From NCBI RefSeq assembly GCF_009914755.1, contig NC_060938.1: 64,000 bases of DNA; one strand, 5' to 3'. The stretch is from the human T2T-CHM13v2.0 reference genome, Homo sapiens. Shown one piece after another: positions 57,300-64,000 of the stretch (position 1 is the stretch's first letter; the number at the start of each line of letters is the position of its first letter). Under the pieces are notes generated by a model. That model did no database searches and was not told the origin of the DNA. It worked only from the letters and a program-made list of their open reading frames with translations. The translations under genes were made by a program, and so were the position numbers.

Positions 57300-58009
57300 T
57301 GCCTCAGGGCCTTTGCACATTCTACTTATTGGGCCTGGATGTCTCTTCTTCTAGCTTTTTCTAGATTAATTCCTACTTATCTTCCACGTCTCAATTCCCG
57401 TATCATTTCCTAAGAAATACCTCCCTTGGCCCTCCAATCCAAATCAGTCACTTCATATTCTCTCTTAATATCCTGTTCTTCTCCATTGCACATATCATAT
57501 ATCTTAAGTGTTGTTATATCTTTATTTAATGTATTTTGGTTCAATATCTGTCTTCCTCAGAAGAATTTAGGGAAGAAGATGGGGACCATATCTATTTTGT
57601 TCAACACTGTATCTTCAGCATCTAGCACTGTGCAGTGAGTTGGAACTTAACTCACATTTGTTGAATGAATGGCCCATCATTTGCTGCTGTTGATAGAAGA
57701 AAAGGCTGACATCTTTCCAGGGCTGGATCCAGAGCACTCTCTCCACCCTGCAACCTGGACACAGGTTCTTCCTAACCACACATGGGATATAAGGCTGCCA
57801 GCAGGCTATAAGAGACACACACTCTGGGCACTCCCATGGGCATTAGCAGGGAAAACAAGAGGTGGGAGAGGGGAGTGGGGAGAAAAGACAGCAGAGTCGG
57901 ATGCCCTGCTTTCCCAAGTGTTAAATGACATCTTTAGAACTCCCAGCCCCCCTGGACTTGTACTGTCTTTCACAGCATGGTGGTTTTTCTTTCTCTTAAG
58001 GAGAACTGC
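57300..58009 (+). repeat. Local duplication unit, copy 2
   Basis: Collinear with 54000-54690; similarity resumes briefly after the LTR at 58379-58400. Confidence 0.85.
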
Positions 58010-58378
58010 CGTATCAGTCTGTTTTCACACTGCTATAAAGAAATACCAGAGACTGGGTAATTTATAAAGGAAAGAGGTTTAACTGACTCACAGTTCCATG
58101 TGTCTGAGGAGGCCTCAGGAAACTTACAATCATGGCAGATGGGGAACCGCAGGCAGCTTTCTCAAGGTGGCAGGAGAGCGAAGTAAGAGCACAGGAAAAA
58201 ACTGGCACTTTTAAAACCATCAGATCTCATGAGAACTCCCTCACTATCACAAGTACACCAAGGGGGAAACCACCCCCCATGATCCAATCACCTCCCACCA
58301 GGTCTCTCTCTCTCTCAACACCTGGGGATTACAATTCAAGATGAGTTTTGGGTGGGGACACAAAGGCTAACCATATCA
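58010..58378 (-). mobile_element. THE1D/MSTA-type LTR
   Basis: 'gtatcagtctgttttcacactgctataaagaaatacc...gaggcctcaggaaacttacaatcatggc...ggtggggacaca...accatatca'. Confidence 0.88.
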
Positions 58379-58550
58379 GAGACCTACCTACTTACTGATG
58401 CGTTCGAAACGAGGCCTACTCCAGTACTGAGCCCGGCCTCTCAAGCTTTGGCTTGAGTTATGCTTTATGGATGCTCCCTCAGGCAGGCAGCACCTAGATA
58501 CTTGCTCAAATCAGGAGTGCTCAGTTTTACAGTCAATAAGGCCCTCTCAT

Positions 58551-59041
58551 TGTACTGGTTTCCTTCACTGCTATAATAAATTGCCACAAATTTAGCAGCT
58601 TAAAAGTAACATAAATTTAGTTATCTTGTAGTCTTGGAGGTCAGAAATCCAAAATGGGCCTCACTGGGCTAAAATCAAGATGTTGGCAGAGCTGTGTTCT
58701 TTTCTGAAAGCTTTAGGGGAAAATCCCTCTCCTTGCATTTCCAGTCTCTAGAGGCTGCCTGCATTCCTTGGTGCGTGCCCCTTCCTCCATCTTCAAAGCC
58801 AATTGTGCTGCATCTTTGACCATTCTCCTGTAGTGCATCTCCGCCTCACACTCTTCTTCTCTTTCTCCCTTTGACTTTTAAGGACTCTTGTGATTATATT
58901 GGGCCCACTCAGATATTCCAGGATAATTTCATCTCAAGGCCTTTAAATTAATCACACCTACAAAATGCCTTTTGCAATGTAAACTATTCACAAGGATTAG
59001 GACATGGGCATCTTTGGGGGCCATTATTTCCCCCTAGCACA
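58551..59041 (-). mobile_element. MLT1C-like LTR
   Basis: 'tgtactggtttcc...gctataataaattgccacaaa...ggaggtcagaaatccaaaatggg...ggacatgggcatctttggggg'. Confidence 0.85.
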
Positions 59042-59369
59042 CTGGTGAGTTATTCCTAGGGCAAGTCTCAAAATACAGGTGAGGTGGTCTCAGTTCCACC
59101 CCAGCCACTTCCTCCGAGGAGTCATGGAATATAATGTGAAAAATGTAAGGATTGGAATATTGATTAATCAAAAAAGCAGTGGCAGAAGCCTCAAACCAAT
59201 GAGCTCCATTCTTCAGCATATCAGCCACCACAGTCAATAAAAGCCAGCTGTAAAAACTTTCCAGGCCCTAAGAAAACCATGTGAAATAACAGACTGGAGT
59301 GATGTGAAGTTTCTGATATTTGCTAATAATGAATTTGGGATGTTCAGAGATAAATTTCAAAGTCATTTG

Positions 59370-60295
59370 TGCCAGGAATTATTTCAGCTACAAATAATAG
59401 AATAACCACAAAACAGTGGCTTAAGCAATAAAGGCATTTGACTATTTCCTGTAACAGAAAGCTTAGAGGTAGGTGGTCCCAATACGGGGGCAGCAGCTCA
59501 GGGGCAGAAGAGACCCAGGCACTCTCTGCCTTTCTCCTCTGCCTTTCCCAGTAGGTCAGTGATGTTTCTCCTCATGGTGAACAAGATGGCTGCACATTCA
59601 CCAGAATCACATCCTCACAAAACATCTTCCCAAGCACCAAAGAAGAGGATGGGGAGTAGGACCCTTTCTCTTCCTGCTGCTCTGATATGGTTTGGCTATG
59701 TCCCCACCCAAATCTCATCATGAATTCCCATGTGTTGTGGGCGGGACCTGGTGGGAGGTAACTGAATTGTGGGGGCAGGTCTTCCTCATGCTGTTCTCGT
59801 GATAGTGAATAGGTCTCATGAGATCTGATGCTTTTATAAGGGAGAGTTTCCCTGCACAAGCTCTCTCTCTTTGCCTGCTGCCATCCATGTAAGATGTGAC
59901 TTGCTCCTCCTTGCCTTCCACCATGATTGTGAGGCCTCCCCAGCCACATGGAACTGTGAGTCCATTAAACCTCTTTTTCCTTGTAAATTACCCAGTCTCA
60001 GGTATATCTTTATCAGCAGCATGAAAATGAACTAATATGTGCTCCCTCTTTTATCAGAAAGGAACATTTTCCTGGAGTAGCCAGCTGACCTCACCCCAGA
60101 TCTCAGTGGCCAGTCAGGTCACATGTCTACCCTGGCAAAGGGAACCAGGATTCCATGATTGGCTTAGACCAATCAGGAATCATCCTCTGGGGTTGGACAC
60201 ATTGAGACCACAAGCAGAATTGGAGTTCTATTAAAAGTGAAGTAGGGGCAATATCTATTGATATTGCTACTGGCAACTAGCAATGTCTGCCACAG
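59370..60295 (-). mobile_element. Old MLT1J/K-like LTR interrupted by THE1
   Basis: 'aaaacagtggcttaagcaataaag', 'caagatggctgc', 'atgattggcttagaccaatcagga'. Confidence 0.65.
59683..60039 (+). mobile_element. THE1B/C solo LTR
   Basis: 'tgatatggtttggctatgtccccacccaaatctcatc...ccatccatgtaagatgtgacttgctcc'; TSD TGCTC at 59678-59682 and 60040-60044. Confidence 0.9.
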
Positions 60296-60529
60296 AAACA
60301 TGATTTGCTTTTTATTTTTAAATGTGTGAATGCATAAACAGGTGGATCTCCATTCAGAATAAGGCACACTTTATGCCCAAATCTGAGATGTTTATCTTAT
60401 CAACTGAACGAGACCACCTTGGGCCTTTGTATACAGATACCTTAAGTTTATCTAATTTTATGTAAAAAAGAAAAAGACAAAGGCACTAAACTAGTATTCA
60501 TGGACAGATTCCCATGTGATATCCTTTAG

Positions 60530-61040
60530 CCATCCATTAGAAATTATTGAGTACCTACAGTGACCTTGGCACAGTGGCTAAGCACTAGGACAAAAACATT
60601 GTTTCTCTCCTTGGGTAATTAATTACAATATGGATGGTTATGTGTTATTGCAGGGACAAGAACAAGAAACAAGGAAATGTCTCTAGGGATAGAAGGGTAA
60701 CATAGCCTTATCTTGGAGTCAGGGAGGGTTTTCAGAGGATATGAGGCTATAAGAGAGACCTGAAGAACAAATGGAATTAGCCAGATGATGGGTGGGATGG
60801 GAAGAGGATGAGGAGATGCTCCAGGCAAAGAAACACAGCTATGCAAAGGCTTGGCAGTAAGAGAGCTCAGGAAAATTTTGAAAATAAGTATAATGCAGTA
60901 AAAAGGAGCAGAGTGTGATTGGTGGTGTGAGAGGACAGATAGGTTGGGGGTCAGATCATGAATTTAGACTCTATCTCAAAAACAATAGACAATGGGGAGT
61001 GACACAGTAAGATTTGCATGGTAGAAATCAGGGCCAGTGT
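60530..61040 (+). mobile_element. L2 fragment
   Basis: 'ttattgagtacctac...ctaagcactagga', 'tccaggcaaagaaacacagctatgcaaagg'. Confidence 0.65.
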
Positions 61041-62424
61041 AGACCGTTTTATTGCCTGATTGCCACACCATCCTAAAAGTCCATGAGAAGCTGTGTCTGT
61101 CAGGCACTTGGGCTGGGTGCAGTCTCTAACACTGATCCAGGTAAATGTTTTGAATGCACTGGCAGCCTCTCATCGATCCAGCCTGGCTTCTGCCTTCTAG
61201 ATCCATGGTGGCTCCTGGTTTTAATATGACATTGGGCTCTTTTCCCTTGCATTCTGGATTCTGAATTCTGTAGACCAGCTGTGGTTCAAATACCAATGCC
61301 CCTTCTATGGTGGGCAGGAGGGGCACTGGGAGAGGTGAGAACGTGAGCTATTGAGGAGTGAAAAGTTTGCAGGAGTGCACACAAACACACACGGCCACTA
61401 AGCCCAGCACAGGACTTGCTGGAGCTCTCAAACAATTACCACATTTATTACCTTGGCGATTGCTCAGGCTAGGGAACACCAGACACTTGAAGTTTGTTTT
61501 CCTTTTCAATTGGAACTGACATTTCCCCACAATTGGATTACTTTGAAATCAAGAAATTGCAGTTCAGATAGTTCATAAACTTATTTCTGTTCCACCTTGT
61601 AGCATTTATTACAAAGACTGATCAGCCAAAGAATATGGGCTTTCTGCTTTTTATTTCCTGTTTTATTGCAGTAACCTTTGAAGAGTGGGTGGTATGGTTC
61701 ACAGGGTGGAGGTGGCTCGCAGGTGGCAGGTAGGAGAGCAGCCCAGCAGAGACCGGGGTCCTCTGGCTCTCATGGACTCTGTCTGCTGCCTCCTCCACCC
61801 AGCCCCCCAGAGGAAGGGTCTGGGAAAAGATATCCAGTGTTCTGGGGGAGAAAGGTGCCTAGGGGGATGGGCAAAGAGGCACTGGAAACCCCACACTGTG
61901 TCTGATAGAAACCCAGAATTTGAGTGGGACGGCCATTCTTTCCTGTCCCCACTCCCTCTACCCATCTTTGGGGATAGGTTAGAAAAGGCCCTTGGTCAGA
62001 GGGAAGAGATCACAAACTCAGGGGTTCTGGAGAGGAGTTCTGGGACTTTTGGGGTCCAAAGGTCATCAGTCTTTGTTGGGTGTGTGTGTGAAAGAGAAAG
62101 GGAAAGGCCTTGTTATCAAAACATTTACTAACTAGTGGCAGACTCTGCAAAACAGACTGAGGCCCCAGCAATGACCTGTCTGTCCTCCAGAAGCTCCCAG
62201 TCTTGCAGGGCCACTGAGCCTAAAGCCAGGATAGGGAGAGCCCAGGAGCTATGAGAGCCCTGGGGAGGGCTTCCTGGAGGAAGTGCAGTCTGAGCTGGCT
62301 TCTGCTTGGAAAACCCCCTTGATGTAAGACAATTACCTTTTACACTGTTAGACCCAGATTACTGAACAGGAGAGCTGGCAGGGGTTCAGGGCAGAGGCCC
62401 ATCCCAAGATGACCACTGTACATA

Positions 62425-62635
62425 TGACAGCTTGGCAGGGTGGTTAAGAGCCCTCCTGGGGTGATATCCTGGTTCTATCATTTGCTAGCTCTGTGACCTT
62501 AACCTTTTGTGTCTCAGTGTCTTTATTTGTAAAAAGGGGCACATATGGCTTACCTCATAGAGCTGCCGGGGGAATTAATGAGAAAGTCTGCGTCAAGGCT
62601 CCGGATGGTACTGGCCACCAGGAGCACTTGGTAAA
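62425..62635 (+). mobile_element. MIR
   Basis: 'ctctgtgaccttaacc...tctcagtgtctttatttgtaaaa...acctcatagagctg'. Confidence 0.65.
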
Positions 62636-64000
62636 GGCCAGCTCTGCTAATTTGGCAGCACCTGACTCTATGTGTGTCTTTCAGAGGGGACGAGGAAGGT
62701 GCAGAACACACAAAGCCTGCACCTTTGTTCTTGGAGCCCTGTCCACCAAGGATAGATGGGCTGACTGTGGTTGGGTCAGTCGAGATTTAACAGACAACTT
62801 ATTTTAAATGAGGAAAGGAGAGCAAAGTTTTTCCTCATCTGTCATATGTCCTTTTTAGGATTTAAATACCAGTTATAATCTCCACTTGTTTCTTTGTCAA
62901 ATAAATGCCTAGAAGCACAGCCTACCTTCTATAACTGGGAGAATAAAATCTCAAATTGGTTAAATAACTTGTCCCACATTGAGATTATTAAAGAGTAGGA
63001 GTATGAACTCTGCTCTTCTAAAGCACAGGCCCAGGCCTCCTAATGAATCACATTATTCCCTGTCATCTGCTACCCAACAAGATCTGCTTCCTACCATTAC
63101 CGAGTTGGTCATACAAGGTGGAATGATTTCACCAGAGCAAGCCATGCTCAGAAACAGAAAATGTTGCCTCAGGTGCTTTCTTGAATGTTAGATTTTAATA
63201 TAAAAGCCAGTTCTATCCATAATGGGCAAATCCTAAGCGGTTGATTCTCTTAGGTTTCTCTTACAGCAGAGAACAGAGGATGAGAAGAAAGAGCTCTGAA
63301 GGGTCAGCAGAAGGGGGAACGGGGTACCAGGTGACTTTCATCCCTGTGAGTGGGAACTTGACTTTGCGTTGCGACCCTGCTCAGCTGTTCATCCAAAAGG
63401 AAATTGTGGTTTACAATTACAGAAAATCAGTAGCTGGAATTATTAATAATAGCAAAAAAAGCGCTGTTGGTGCAGCAAGTGATTTGTGGTAATGTTTTCT
63501 AATTGATAGTCATTTCTATTATTTAAATACTAACTAATTCATTTCATGTACTAAGCAGTGCATTGACTTTACTTACAGTATTATGGCAGCCCTCCTAGCT
63601 TAAAATCATTCCTTATTGTTTTCTTTAGGTAATTAAAATGCACTGCTCCCATGTTCTATTTGTGGCTGCTAATAGGATTGCACCCACTGAGAGAGCACTG
63701 TGGGCAGTTTATACAAAAGCAACCACATATAAGCTCTGGTCCTTCCAGCCTGATGATTTTCTCACCAGTAGGATTCCCGGGATATCCTTTGGTAATGTGT
63801 CCACAGTCTCCCTACTGCTGGCTTCATTTGGCTCTTCTACAACATGAGAAGAATGTGAAGTCTTTGAGTGCAGCTGCCATTTTACAGCAATGACCTAGGA
63901 GGTTCTGGCTTTTCTGCAGACAGGTTTTCTGGGCCAGTCCTTTTCCTCTGCAGGACTGTGGGCCTCCTGTCTAGGCCTATGAAATGAGAGGGATGGAAGT

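Noticed and set aside
58001-58390. TSD for the LTR at 58010-58378
   Set aside because: Flanks (actgc versus gagac) do not match as a 5-bp TSD, so none is claimed.

Overview
Primate (very probably human) intergenic DNA, dense in repeats, with no supportable spliced protein-coding gene, RNA gene or CRISPR array. The main features are: (1) a full-length processed copy of YBX1 on the minus strand (about 17414-18913) with a 19-bp target-site duplication (TSD) and an open 319-aa ORF, probably YBX1P1 (from memory, not verified); (2) a fossil Charlie-type hAT transposase around it, also interrupted by MER5A, an LTR18-type LTR and an Alu; (3) a full-length L1PA3/4-type LINE-1 (31401-37607, minus) with broken ORF1 and ORF2 but an open antisense ORF0, apparently sharing one TSD with the adjacent Alu; (4) a full-length HSMAR2 mariner (51892-53487); (5) many Alu, MaLR/ERV solo LTR, L2, MIR and MER elements. 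Closer reading also shows two old local duplications, an L2 segment copied into a younger LTR, a twin-primed L1 fragment and several templated micro-insertions. I found no convincing new biological system; the best leads are the YBX1 retrocopy and these insertion or duplication oddities. Repeat subfamily names come from remembered consensus sequences and need RepeatMasker/Dfam confirmation.
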